Translations under genes and position numbers: made by a program | Shown here: positions 53,172-63,612 of the stretch, piece by piece | How positions within the stretch are numbered: the stretch's first letter is position 1 | Layout: every line of letters starts with the position of its first letter | Source: an uncultured bacterium | GTDB lineage: Bacteria > Babelota > Babeliae > Babelales > Vermiphilaceae | Assembly: GCA_963695335.1 (NCBI GenBank) | Contig: OY968764.1 | Span: 1,120,001-1,184,000 of the forward strand | Direction: 5' to 3' | DNA: 64,000 bases | The notes under the pieces: model-generated | Told to the model about the DNA's origin: nothing | What the model saw: the letters and a program-made list of their open reading frames with translations, nothing else | Databases searched by the model: none

Positions 53172-53189
53172 ATTTTTATTTTTATTAAT

Positions 53190-53240
53190 AGTTCCAAATC
53201 TTTTTTATGGGGCCCCCAATTGAAAGTGTAAATTGGGGTT
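53190..53240. repeat. Partial family-3 double hairpin
   Basis: atggggcccccaattgaaagtgtaaattgggg. Confidence 0.6.
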
Positions 53241-54130
53241 TAATACTGCATGCGTCGTCTAAAAAAATTAATCATCCCAGACAAATAATCTGTTCTATCT
53301 GGTGATACCTCAAAAAGATCAACTCCACAACGCCGCAATAGTTTATCTTGTTTATCAATACGCGCAGATAAAAACTTTTTTACTTCATTATTCCGCGTAT
53401 TGCGCAAATCCAACTCAACCAATTCACCTGTTTCCAAATCTTCCACTGTAATAAAACCAACGGATGGAATAGCTTTTTCATTGCCATCCAAACAGCGCAC
53501 TGCGATCAGATCATATTTACGCGCTGCCTGCGCCAAATACGTATCTAATGTATCATCAATAAAATCAGAAATAAGAAACACAATTGCATCACTTTTTTTA
53601 ATAGAAAGAAGATGCTGCAACGCTTTTGATATATCTGTTGTGGTTTGCTTTGGTTTAAAACTGAGCAGAGTTTCCATAATATAATGTATATGGTTTAAGC
53701 TGCTGCCAGGCGGAATATACGCTTCAATAGTGTCAGAAAACATCAAAAGCCCAACATGATCTTTACCATGCTGAGCTACGAGTGCCAATACACTTGCAAG
53801 TTCTACAATACGACTATTTTTATTCTGTTTTCCAGAACCAAACATTGATGATTGCGAAACATCTACGACTAAAAAAATTGTTCGGCTGCGCTCTTCTATA
53901 TACTGTTTTACCAACAGCTTATCATTGCGTGCTGATGCTTTCCAATCAATAAATCTGATATCATCACCAAAACTATATTCACGAATTTGATCAAATTCAA
54001 AGCCCGTGCCTTTAATTGCAGAACGGCTATCACCTACCAATGTTCCATTGAGTAGACGACGTGTAAAAATTTCCAACTGCTTAATCTTGTGCACAATTTC
54101 CGGCGAGACTAAACTCTTTTTTACCATCAT
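53240..54130 (-). CDS. DUF58 (VWA-like) protein
   Basis: G.GFEFDQIREY..GDDIRFIDWKASAR, VKQY.EER, DVSQSS, ISDF. Confidence 0.9.
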   Translation of the reverse strand: MMVKKSLVSPEIVHKIKQLEIFTRRLLNGTLVGDSRSAIKGTGFEFDQIREYSFGDDIRFIDWKASARNDKLLVKQYIEERSRTIFLVVDVSQSSMFGSGKQNKNSRIVELASVLALVAQHGKDHVGLLMFSDTIEAYIPPGSSLNHIHYIMETLLSFKPKQTTTDISKALQHLLSIKKSDAIVFLISDFIDDTLDTYLAQAARKYDLIAVRCLDGNEKAIPSVGFITVEDLETGELVELDLRNTRNNEVKKFLSARIDKQDKLLRRCGVDLFEVSPDRTDYLSGMINFFRRRMQY

Positions 54131-54144
54131 AATTCACTTATTAT

Positions 54145-55380
54145 TTAAAATAAGCCTTCATTCTTCAATATTTCTGGCAACTGAATGCTACCATCAGCTT
54201 GTTGATATGTTTCCATCAATGCAACCATCAAACGCGGTAATGCCAATGATGAACCATTCAGAGTGTGCACAAGCTGTGTTTTGCTATCAACTTTTTCTTT
54301 AAACCTGATCATACCGCGACGCGCCTGAAAATCAGTACAGTTACTGATTGATGAAACTTCTTTATATTCACCTTGCCCCGGGCACCACACTTCTAAATCA
54401 TATGTTTTAGCTGAAGCCCATGATGCATCTTGCCCGGCTAATAGCATCACACGATAATGCAAACCTAATGCCTGTAAAATACCTTCTGCGCACGCAAGCA
54501 TTCTTTGATGTTCTTCTTCAGACTTTTCTGGCTCACACATCGATACAATTTCTACCTTTTCAAATTGACGCATACGGATCAAACCACGTTCACTTGAACC
54601 ATACGCACCACCCTCACGCCTAAAACAGCTTGTAAATGCTGTCATGCGCAATGGTAAATCTGATGCAGCAAAAATATGATCGCGATACATATTGGTTAAG
54701 TTAACTTCTGATGTTGGGGTTAAAAAAAGATCATCGGATGGAACTGCAAAAACTTGATCCCTAAATTTAGGGAAGTTGCCGGTTGTTTCTAAAGATTTTT
54801 CATTCACAAACACAGAAGGTAATACAAAATTAAAACCATGCTTACGATTATGTTTGAGCATAAACATCGCCAAAGAAAAAAGCAGTGTAACACCATCACC
54901 TTTATATAAAGCAAGACTTGCACCACCAATTTTTGCCGATGTCTCAAAATCTAACCACCCAAGTTTTTCACCAAGATCCAAGTGATTTTGTGGTGTAAAT
55001 GAAAATGTTGGCTTTTCACCAAACATACTTACCACAAGATTTTCTTCTTTATTGCCGGCAGGAACTTCATCAAGTAACAAGTTTGGACATGCAAGATAAT
55101 ACTCTTTAAACGCATGCCCCAATGTTTCTAACTGCTGTTCTTTATCTTTTAACTGATTATTGAGCGCAATTGATTGTTCACGCAGCTCCGGCGTTATGCC
55201 CGACTTACCTTGCTTTGCCAACTCATTTTTTGCACAACGCAATTGCTCAACATCACTTTTAATTGCTCGTAACTCTTTATCTAATGTTATCAGCTTTGCC
55301 ACATCGTAATGCGGATCTTTTTTAGCAAGCGCTGCTATAACACGTTCAGGATTTTCACGCAAAAGCGTAAGGTCTATCAT
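54145..55380 (-). CDS. serS: Serine-tRNA ligase
   Basis: LTPTSE, CFRREGG, GLIR..QFEKVE, KTYDLEVW, SNCTDFQARR, HTLNGS.LA..R. Confidence 0.97.
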   Translation of the reverse strand: MIDLTLLRENPERVIAALAKKDPHYDVAKLITLDKELRAIKSDVEQLRCAKNELAKQGKSGITPELREQSIALNNQLKDKEQQLETLGHAFKEYYLACPNLLLDEVPAGNKEENLVVSMFGEKPTFSFTPQNHLDLGEKLGWLDFETSAKIGGASLALYKGDGVTLLFSLAMFMLKHNRKHGFNFVLPSVFVNEKSLETTGNFPKFRDQVFAVPSDDLFLTPTSEVNLTNMYRDHIFAASDLPLRMTAFTSCFRREGGAYGSSERGLIRMRQFEKVEIVSMCEPEKSEEEHQRMLACAEGILQALGLHYRVMLLAGQDASWASAKTYDLEVWCPGQGEYKEVSSISNCTDFQARRGMIRFKEKVDSKTQLVHTLNGSSLALPRLMVALMETYQQADGSIQLPEILKNEGLF

Positions 55381-55401
55381 TGAAATTCCCTTATGTAGAT
55401 T

Positions 55402-55513
55402 CCCCCCGCGCTCGTCCTGCCGTGTGCTCCGAAGCCTTTGGCGAAGGATGTAAGCCTGTCGAAGGATATCTTTGAGCGCGCTTTAATTCTTCAACAAGTT
55501 CAGAATGAGCGCG
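55402..55513. repeat. Family-1 REP doublet with nested family-2 hairpin
   Basis: cgctcgtcctg[ccgtgtgctccgaagcctttggcgaaggatgta]agcctgtcgaagg; same composite inside mreC. Confidence 0.82.
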
Positions 55514-55560
55514 ATAATAAAAAATATATTTTGAAAAAAGCATACCGCAAATAAGCCTTT

Positions 55561-55589
55561 TTGACTACAAGCAGAACATCATATACACT
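55561..55589 (+). promoter_or_regulatory. Sigma70-type promoter
   Basis: TTGACT-17 bp-TACACT upstream of ATG 55662. Confidence 0.5.
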
Positions 55590-55661
55590 AACCCATTACT
55601 GAGTAAAAAATTTCTCAATGTTCAATATTCAACAAAAAATACGATACTTCAAAGGTTTTTC

Positions 55662-58600
55662 ATGTTAGCACGATTAATTCAATCGATATTTTTTCTTTGC
55701 ATTTATACCTCACTGCAAGCAATGAATAAAAACCAAAAAGATATTGTACATGCTAAGCTCTATGAAAAATATCAAATAGCAGAAACTCCCCAAAATTATC
55801 GCTTAGTTATTCAACCACTCCCTGAACTAAACAGAGATGTTGAATTGATTAAAGCTAACCGCACCAAACTAGTAAATGAAACTAAAGAAGATAAACAAAT
55901 TCTTAATGAGTACAAAATAAAACAAGCTCTTGATACATACAATGCAATAAAAAATCGCCTACCCAATGATCTTTCCATCCTAAAACCAAAAACTCAAAAA
56001 AAATACAGTTCAATCAACAATGCCATTAAAAAATATGCCATTGAAGGCAATACAAACGCACAATCACTGATCATTGAACAGTATATAGATAAACTCAATC
56101 CATTATGTAACGCACCTGAATTTCTTGAAAAAATACAATTTCAACAATGCTTACATGCTTATGAGTTCCTTGATTTTACTGCAACAGTTAAAAGCAATAA
56201 CATTCCAGTAGCTACAACAGATTCTCAAGGAAAACAGCTCATCGACATCAGAAATCAAACAAACAAAACAAATCCTTCTGCATCATACATTATTCAGTCA
56301 ATATACTATTTGCAGTCTATTACAGAAAATGAAAGAAAATTTCGCTACTCAAAACTATCAAATATGAAGCCGGAAACTGCAGAAACTGAAATAATCTGCC
56401 AATTTCTCATTAACTATGGGGATGATACATTATCACCACAAGCTGTTGCAAAAAAATTTATCCAAGCTATCAACACCTGTGAAAATGACACAAAAAGCAT
56501 TATTCAAACCATTGAACATTGTGCAAACGGTACTGTATCACCACAAGATGTTACAATACAACTGATTCAAACTATTAAAGCCCAAAAAAAGAGTGCTGAT
56601 ATACTGAGCGCTATAGCAAAATCACCATTATTTCCCCATGTTATACAAAAACTGAATAATGCCATTCTCAATAGCACAAACAAACAACTTGTATCAGATA
56701 TTAATTATATTGTAGCTGAGCTCTATTATAGCAAGCTAGATTACAGCCAAGCTGATAGTTATTACAGAAAAAATAAGCCTGCATTTCTTAAAGAAAAAAA
56801 AGTGCAATACCATGCATTTAATGCAAACATTGCTACATCACAAAGTTTTAACAAAGAAGATATCAACTATCTCTCTTCTCTTGTGGGCAACACTTATAAT
56901 CAATTGAAAAAAATAGATACAACCAATCCAGAACTATCATACAAAGTAGGGTTACTGATACACGCACTGGTCAATAATACCCCTGCTATGAACATCGCAG
57001 AAAAAATTGAAATGCTCCATGATGCATTACGTCACATTGAAAACACACACAAAGACGCTGCAACCTGCATAACATTACACACAACATTATCCACCATCTA
57101 CACGCAAAAAAATGATCATATTTCTGCGCTCAAACACACCACATCAGCTTTGCAACTACATGACAGCAACTCACAAGAATATGCCATAGCAAACATCCTT
57201 GATAACGCAGAAAAAAACAGTTGTGATTTTTATAAACAACACGTGCAATCAATACAATGCATCATCAATTTTATTAACAATGGCGTTGCAGATAGCACAA
57301 AAAATTGCAATCTACCATCTGAATTCATTTTATCTGATCTGTGGCAACAATTGCTCCCTTATTGTGATGCAACATACGCAAAAAACAAGAATGCCAATAA
57401 TGACATTCTCTATGCTATGGCACTCAGTCATACCGAAAGTGGCAATTATGATACAGCGTGCACATACATAGATGTATTACCACAACCCTTATCAAAAACA
57501 GCCCAACTTCTTAAAGCACGCATCTATACGGCAACACAAAAAACATTATCTGATGAAGAGCTGGAAGCTATCTTTAAAACATTTGTGCACAATAAAAAAA
57601 CATCCTCCACTGATCAAGAAACGACTGTTTCTCTATTGACACAATCAGATCGATCAGAACAATTGCTTGCTCAACCAAAAAATCATGATTTAGCAATTAA
57701 ATTAATTACCAAATTAAGCGATACATCAACATCACATGCTGCAATACTGTTAGCATTTAATATCACAAAACATCTTAAAACTACGCAGAGCTCCACCACC
57801 CAACAGTGGCAAGAAAAACTCAAATCATGCAATCAATTTTATACAAATATTGCAGCACCATCAGAATATAATGGCTACACTAATTTTGCAGCTGGCTTAT
57901 TACTGATGGAAAGTGGAATCACATACAGTTCTCGAATTATTTCATATTTTATTGCTGCACTTAATAGCAAAGAAGTATTACCAAAATCAGCTGAAGCAGC
58001 ACAAAAAGCAATTGCAGCACTGTACAATGAATGGGCGCTGGCAATACATGACGATTTCAACACACGCTTAGCATTATTTGATGAAGCACTGCAATACAAT
58101 AACAACAGTGCGATCCGATTTAATAAAGCAAGCGCTATTCTTGTAGATAGTGATGATCAAGATCTTATTAACGATGCATTACAGCTATTAGAAGAGAATA
58201 GTACACAAGATTGTCCTGAACGTACATTCTCTCAACTTGCACTCGCACAAGTATACTGCAATTACAGTCCTGATGCTGCGCGTTTACCAATATTAAAAAA
58301 ACTCATTCCACTTGATATCAACAAAGCAATTGCTTGCTTACAAAATCACAATAACCAACCAGAGCTCTTAAAACGGTTAATAAGCATATATGCTGGAGAA
58401 TCTATTTGGATACCAAAACAGCTCGCAGAACCGTATATTAACTTAGAACAAGCACTCCATTATATCAATGTGTTAATAGACACTGATAAATATAAGATTG
58501 ACTATATATCTCTCCGTATGGAACTGTATGTTAAGTTACATCACATTGATAACGCTATTGCAGACATTGATCTGATGCTCAATGCTCAAAACTTATCAAA

Positions 58601-61600
58601 TACACGTGGCGTAACCAAAGAAAAACTGTTATTCAGAAAATCAGAACTGCTCTTACAAAAAGAGCCTCATGAAGAACTCTACAATCAAATTCTTGAATGT
58701 GCTCAGCAACTCAAGACATATGATGAACGAGACGTAATACTTTTTAATATGTCCCCTCTTATCAAAGAACGTACAAAATATCTTGTAGACAACACTATTA
58801 TGACAGACAGTGCCATTGAATGGTGTTGTTTTGCAGTTAATTCTTGCGTAGCTGCTAATAACTGTAGAGAATCTGATGTTACACAACTCCTGTCAGCAGA
58901 TCTATTGTTAAGAGAGCCAACACAAGAACAAAAAGATCTTGCTCACTACATATTATCAGCTGCAAAGGCAGATAATCTTGATGCACAGCTCATTGCACTA
59001 CCTTATCTGAATGCAATAGGTTATGTAACCCAAAGCAACTTCACTGAAAGTTTACGATATAGCCATCAAGCATTGTGTAACCCGAAAAGCAGACAGAAAG
59101 AAGCAAATGTCACTTTCCTTATAGAATTGTTACAAAGTTATATAGTCAAAGAAGGAGTTATTTTAGCGTATTACATTCTTTGTGATTATTACAAAAATTA
59201 TCCCAAGAAAATTGAAAAAAGAATGCTCTTTCTTAATCAAGCAAAAAAATACGAACGCCCTGATGAGAGCGCTACAGATCTTATAGAAACAATATTCACT
59301 TCATGCAAACATGTGTTCTCAAAAAGTGTTGAGCTTTGTGTAAAAAATCAAAAAAATCTCAATAAGTTAACCTTAACCGATGCAATTGCAAGCTTTACCT
59401 ACGGTTCCATGTGCCAATATAGTAACAAAAAAGATACACTCACTTCAGCAATACTTTCTCTGGATATAGCCCAAAAACTTCTGTGTGAAAAATTTAAATT
59501 ACAGCAATATCGATCTCCTCTTCACTTCTTCCTTGGCAGTGCATATTATAAATTGGCTATACTCAATGAAAAAATTGATTATGAATTATTACGCAAAAGT
59601 GCACAGACTGAATATATACCGCCATTGCATAAAATGGCAGAAATATATATAGAACAACATGAAAATGGCAAACACGATATTCCTGTGAAAACAATTGATT
59701 TTATGCCATTACTCGCAAAAGATCTTAACTATCCACTTTCACGTGAATTGTTCAAGAAATGTGCAGATATAACAACACTCCAAGAAAAAAGAGAAGTAAG
59801 TGATGATAGTGACGACAAACCTGTTCTTGTCAAATTTACAGGCAACTCTACAGATCTTACGGCATTATTAGAAGCAAGCGCTACATACGTTACCTCGAAC
59901 ACCGAAATAAAAGAAAAAACTGGCATAGATTTAACATCAATTCCAGACAGGCAAATACATAAAAAAAATCAGGATTTAGCTACTATCGTTAAAGACCTGA
60001 ACAACACAGAATGCCCTCCCGAAATTATAGATGCAATGATTAATTTTGAAAAAGGCAATAAAGCTGCTGCATTAAAAGTGATACGCAATGCCGCTGCAAA
60101 ACATAAAATACCATCGGCATATATGCTCCTTGCCAGTAATTATTTACAAGGAGATGGAGTAAAACAAAATTATGCTCTATCACAAGAATATTTAGAAGAA
60201 GCTTTTAAATATGGTTTAGTTGGAAATCAGTTATGCAATGGTCATTTTTTTGGCACAGTATGCACATATCTGAGCGATTTGACACTCAAACATCTACCTT
60301 CTATGCAGCAACATTTATTACGTATCATCACGCAGGCACTCACAGACCATGGTGTTGATATCACCACTTTTTATGTTTTGGTCAAGGAATATACCAAATT
60401 AGATGTATCTTTACATACTGAAAAAAAAGATGTCGCTCCATTCATTAAAAATCATAATTATCAAGAAACATCCTCCGCTTTTCTTGCGGGATTACAAGCA
60501 TATCAACACAAAGATCGCAAAAAAGCTTTCGAATACATGTACAAAGCAGCAATAGATGAACATCATCCAAGCGCATGCCTTTATGCATCGTATCATTATT
60601 ATATCGGAGACATGGTTAAAAAAAATAATAAACAATCAAATGTTTTGCTTCTCGAAGCGCTTGCTGATGGTCTCATAACAGGACAATTTTGCTCGCCTCA
60701 ATTTTTAGAAGAATTAGTTGCATACACAAAAGAAATACTAAAAAACAAAAATGATAACACAGCCTACTCATTGCAAATCATAAAATCTGCGTTGACTGTT
60801 CAAGGAATTGATCCATCCTATTTTTGTAACATATATAAAGAATATACTGACACAGATCTCGCATCAGTTCCTGAGTGGTCAGAAACAGATACAAACACCA
60901 CCAATACAAATGCACCAGTACAACCACAACTATCGATTACTGATCTGCAAAAAAAAATGGTAAAAGATCACACAAATCGATTATCTGATGATTTTAAACA
61001 AGCTTTAACAGATGCCCTTAAAAAAGATATGACTAAGATGACTATCGCTGCCGATAAAAATGACTCCTGTGCCTGCATTATTATGGCTTTACATAATTTT
61101 ACAGGCGAAGGAGTTAAAAAATGTCTTTACCTATCAGGAGCTTACATAAAAGAAGCTCTTAAATATGGCTTAATCGAACAGCAGTTTTGCAATAATTTAT
61201 TCTTAAAAAAATTATGTTCATACATTAAAACAATAATCTCGGCAGAGTATGCACCTGATGACATACTATTTAAAAAACAGTTATTACATAAAATCAAAAA
61301 ATATCTTCTCATCAACAACATTGATCTTACCGACTTTTGTACTATAATGCTCAACGAAACTCAAATAGACCTACTAACATGCCTTGAATGGATAGAATCA
61401 GACAAGAATTATAAATTTACCGAACAGAAAAAATTACTCTTAAGAATTGATGCGATCAAAAATGACAGTGCTGTTGATAATTGTTTGCAAAAAGCTGTTA
61501 TCAATCTGCTTACAAACATGACAACTAAACAAGAAAATCAACCCAAAAATAAACTCTTCCAACAGCGAAGACCTAAAAACTCCCTTGCTTTTGCCGCTGT

Positions 61601-62003
61601 TGAAGATGCTGCAGTAGAAGGCAATATTAAAAAATGTATGGAACTTGCTAAAACCGTTGCTGAAATTGAACACCATCCAAGAGCTTATATGGTACTTGCT
61701 TTTGAACATGTAAGAGGAACATTCCTCGATAAAAACATTGATGCATCAAAACAGTTCCTCATCAATGCTCTTTTTTACGGATTAATAGAACAACAGTTTT
61801 GTGATGGCGAGTTTATGGAAGATTTATGCGATTACATCAACTTTGTAATCAAAGCAAAATACTCAAAAAATAATAAACAAACATTGTTATTGACAATAAA
61901 AAAAGCTCTTGAGGCAAAATCTATTGATCTGAATGCCTTTTATGATGAATTCAAAAAACAGCACAAAATAGACTTATCAAAGGTTGCTGAGTGGAATATA
62001 TAA
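55662..62003 (+). CDS. 2113-aa exported alpha-helical protein (TPR/Sel1-like) with four C-terminal repeats
   Basis: Signal peptide ending QAMN; Sel1-like A...LA..Y..G.GV..N units near the C-terminus. Confidence 0.8.
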   Translation: MLARLIQSIFFLCIYTSLQAMNKNQKDIVHAKLYEKYQIAETPQNYRLVIQPLPELNRDVELIKANRTKLVNETKEDKQILNEYKIKQALDTYNAIKNRLPNDLSILKPKTQKKYSSINNAIKKYAIEGNTNAQSLIIEQYIDKLNPLCNAPEFLEKIQFQQCLHAYEFLDFTATVKSNNIPVATTDSQGKQLIDIRNQTNKTNPSASYIIQSIYYLQSITENERKFRYSKLSNMKPETAETEIICQFLINYGDDTLSPQAVAKKFIQAINTCENDTKSIIQTIEHCANGTVSPQDVTIQLIQTIKAQKKSADILSAIAKSPLFPHVIQKLNNAILNSTNKQLVSDINYIVAELYYSKLDYSQADSYYRKNKPAFLKEKKVQYHAFNANIATSQSFNKEDINYLSSLVGNTYNQLKKIDTTNPELSYKVGLLIHALVNNTPAMNIAEKIEMLHDALRHIENTHKDAATCITLHTTLSTIYTQKNDHISALKHTTSALQLHDSNSQEYAIANILDNAEKNSCDFYKQHVQSIQCIINFINNGVADSTKNCNLPSEFILSDLWQQLLPYCDATYAKNKNANNDILYAMALSHTESGNYDTACTYIDVLPQPLSKTAQLLKARIYTATQKTLSDEELEAIFKTFVHNKKTSSTDQETTVSLLTQSDRSEQLLAQPKNHDLAIKLITKLSDTSTSHAAILLAFNITKHLKTTQSSTTQQWQEKLKSCNQFYTNIAAPSEYNGYTNFAAGLLLMESGITYSSRIISYFIAALNSKEVLPKSAEAAQKAIAALYNEWALAIHDDFNTRLALFDEALQYNNNSAIRFNKASAILVDSDDQDLINDALQLLEENSTQDCPERTFSQLALAQVYCNYSPDAARLPILKKLIPLDINKAIACLQNHNNQPELLKRLISIYAGESIWIPKQLAEPYINLEQALHYINVLIDTDKYKIDYISLRMELYVKLHHIDNAIADIDLMLNAQNLSNTRGVTKEKLLFRKSELLLQKEPHEELYNQILECAQQLKTYDERDVILFNMSPLIKERTKYLVDNTIMTDSAIEWCCFAVNSCVAANNCRESDVTQLLSADLLLREPTQEQKDLAHYILSAAKADNLDAQLIALPYLNAIGYVTQSNFTESLRYSHQALCNPKSRQKEANVTFLIELLQSYIVKEGVILAYYILCDYYKNYPKKIEKRMLFLNQAKKYERPDESATDLIETIFTSCKHVFSKSVELCVKNQKNLNKLTLTDAIASFTYGSMCQYSNKKDTLTSAILSLDIAQKLLCEKFKLQQYRSPLHFFLGSAYYKLAILNEKIDYELLRKSAQTEYIPPLHKMAEIYIEQHENGKHDIPVKTIDFMPLLAKDLNYPLSRELFKKCADITTLQEKREVSDDSDDKPVLVKFTGNSTDLTALLEASATYVTSNTEIKEKTGIDLTSIPDRQIHKKNQDLATIVKDLNNTECPPEIIDAMINFEKGNKAAALKVIRNAAAKHKIPSAYMLLASNYLQGDGVKQNYALSQEYLEEAFKYGLVGNQLCNGHFFGTVCTYLSDLTLKHLPSMQQHLLRIITQALTDHGVDITTFYVLVKEYTKLDVSLHTEKKDVAPFIKNHNYQETSSAFLAGLQAYQHKDRKKAFEYMYKAAIDEHHPSACLYASYHYYIGDMVKKNNKQSNVLLLEALADGLITGQFCSPQFLEELVAYTKEILKNKNDNTAYSLQIIKSALTVQGIDPSYFCNIYKEYTDTDLASVPEWSETDTNTTNTNAPVQPQLSITDLQKKMVKDHTNRLSDDFKQALTDALKKDMTKMTIAADKNDSCACIIMALHNFTGEGVKKCLYLSGAYIKEALKYGLIEQQFCNNLFLKKLCSYIKTIISAEYAPDDILFKKQLLHKIKKYLLINNIDLTDFCTIMLNETQIDLLTCLEWIESDKNYKFTEQKKLLLRIDAIKNDSAVDNCLQKAVINLLTNMTTKQENQPKNKLFQQRRPKNSLAFAAVEDAAVEGNIKKCMELAKTVAEIEHHPRAYMVLAFEHVRGTFLDKNIDASKQFLINALFYGLIEQQFCDGEFMEDLCDYINFVIKAKYSKNNKQTLLLTIKKALEAKSIDLNAFYDEFKKQHKIDLSKVAEWNI

Positions 62004-62015
62004 CATTTATCTCAT

Positions 62016-62112
62016 TTTCGATTCTCTCTTAACCGGGGTCCCCATTGAAATGTAATGGAAATGGGGTTTAAAAAAACCCAAAAATTATTAAAAATATAAT
62101 TTTTGGGTTTTT
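62016..62112. terminator. Partial family-3 repeat followed by bidirectional terminator
   Basis: ccggggtccccattgaaatgtaatggaaatgggg; aaaaacccaaaaattat...ataatttttgggttttt. Confidence 0.65.
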
Positions 62113-62145
62113 GTGTAAAAACTCTACTTGCGAAAAGTTTTTTGA

Positions 62146-62433
62146 TTAACCTAGTCTTACTGAACGAACAACTTCACGTAAGCTTTTACCTGCTTTAAAG
62201 CGAGGGATGCTGATTTCTGGTAAATCAATACGTTCTTTTGTTGCAGGATTGATTCCTTTGCGAGAAGGACGGCAAGAAATCCAAAAGCTTCCAAATCCTG
62301 TGATAGAAACTTTTTCACCTTTTTTTAACGCACGGCTGATAACGCGTGTTAGTGAATCGAGCACTCGAGTAACATCCATTTTACTAAATGTTGTCTCTTC
62401 GCTGAGCTCATTTATTAATTCGCTCTTGTTCAT
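62146..62433 (-). CDS. hup: HU-family DNA-binding protein
   Basis: MNKSELI, GEKVSITGFGSF, G.NPATKE, PRFKAGK.L. Confidence 0.93.
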   Translation of the reverse strand: MNKSELINELSEETTFSKMDVTRVLDSLTRVISRALKKGEKVSITGFGSFWISCRPSRKGINPATKERIDLPEISIPRFKAGKSLREVVRSVRLG

Positions 62434-62561
62434 AAGAACTCCTCATATTATGGTTAGTAAAAATTTAAAAACACTGTCTCTTCATTAAAACTTCTTTATA
62501 ATAGTGTAAGATATAATAATTTAAAACGATTTTGTCAACTTTATTGCACAAAAGGATTGCT

Positions 62562-63398
62562 ATGCTCATAGATACTCATTGCCATATAAACATGATGGTC
62601 AAAGATAGTTTTGATACTCCAATGCAAACATCTGACTTATCAAAAGCAGAAATTATCATAAGACAAGCACACGAGGCAAGAGTTTCTTTAATTATTAATG
62701 TTGGAACTCGCAAAATTGAAAATCGAAATTGCATATTACTTGCTCAATCATTCGATTCAGTCTTTGCAACCGTTGGCATTCACCCAAATGATTCTGACAC
62801 ATGGCAAGAAGATATAATGTTTATGAAAAAGTGGTTACAAAACAAAGAAGAAAACAAAATTGTTGGTATTGGCGAATGCGGAATCGATCTCCATTATCCT
62901 AATCATAATCTTATGCGTCAGCAAAATGCTTTCAAAGCACAAATAGAACTTGCACTTGAACATGATCTTGCACTTGTTGTGCACAGCCGTGATGCATATG
63001 ATGAAACATTAAAAATTTTAGAAGAGTATAAAAACAATCTCACCCATGCTGTTATGCATTGCTTTTCTTACGACCAAACATTTGCAAACATTGTCACATC
63101 TTGGGGATTTGTGCTCGGCATTGGCGGTCCTATTACCTATCCAAAAAATCATGAACTGCGCAATGTTGTTCTTAATGCTGATCTTAAAAATATTGTGTTA
63201 GAAACTGACGCACCATTCTTACCACCACAAGCTATTCGTGGCAAACAAAATCACCCCAAAGAAATTGCAACTATTGCACAATATATCGCTGAACTGCGCG
63301 GTGAAAGTTTTGAAACTATTGCACAACAAACTACGGAAAATGCGCTTCGCTTATTTTCCATTAATATGAGTTCGCTCATTTCGACCCTACTTCGTTAA
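62562..63398 (+). CDS. tatD: TatD-family nuclease
   Basis: IDTHCH, GIHP, IGECGID, VHSRDA, MHCF, LETDAPFL. Confidence 0.93.
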   Translation: MLIDTHCHINMMVKDSFDTPMQTSDLSKAEIIIRQAHEARVSLIINVGTRKIENRNCILLAQSFDSVFATVGIHPNDSDTWQEDIMFMKKWLQNKEENKIVGIGECGIDLHYPNHNLMRQQNAFKAQIELALEHDLALVVHSRDAYDETLKILEEYKNNLTHAVMHCFSYDQTFANIVTSWGFVLGIGGPITYPKNHELRNVVLNADLKNIVLETDAPFLPPQAIRGKQNHPKEIATIAQYIAELRGESFETIAQQTTENALRLFSINMSSLISTLLR

Positions 63399-63531
63399 AA
63401 CTTCGTAGGGCACGCAAGTAGGGCGTTTACTCCTGAGCTTGCCGAAGGGTCAATGCGAACGGAATGATAACAATAACAAACAAAAAAATAATTCTAATCC
63501 CGTTCGTGGTGAGCCTGTCGAACCATACGAA
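63384..63531. repeat. Composite family-2/family-1 palindromes; first hairpin supplies the tatD stop
   Basis: ccctacttcgttaaaacttcgtaggg; cctgagcttgccgaagg; ccgttcgtggtgagcctgtcgaaccatacgaac. Confidence 0.75.
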
Positions 63532-63612
63532 CTCATAAAGTGCCTGATAAAAAAATTTGCATAAACTCATTTTCAAGTAAACTGATATAATAAAACCACA
63601 AAGGAGAATTAC

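Noticed and set aside
3189..63531. CRISPR array
   Set aside because: Repeats are dispersed palindromes without regular spacers; no cas genes.
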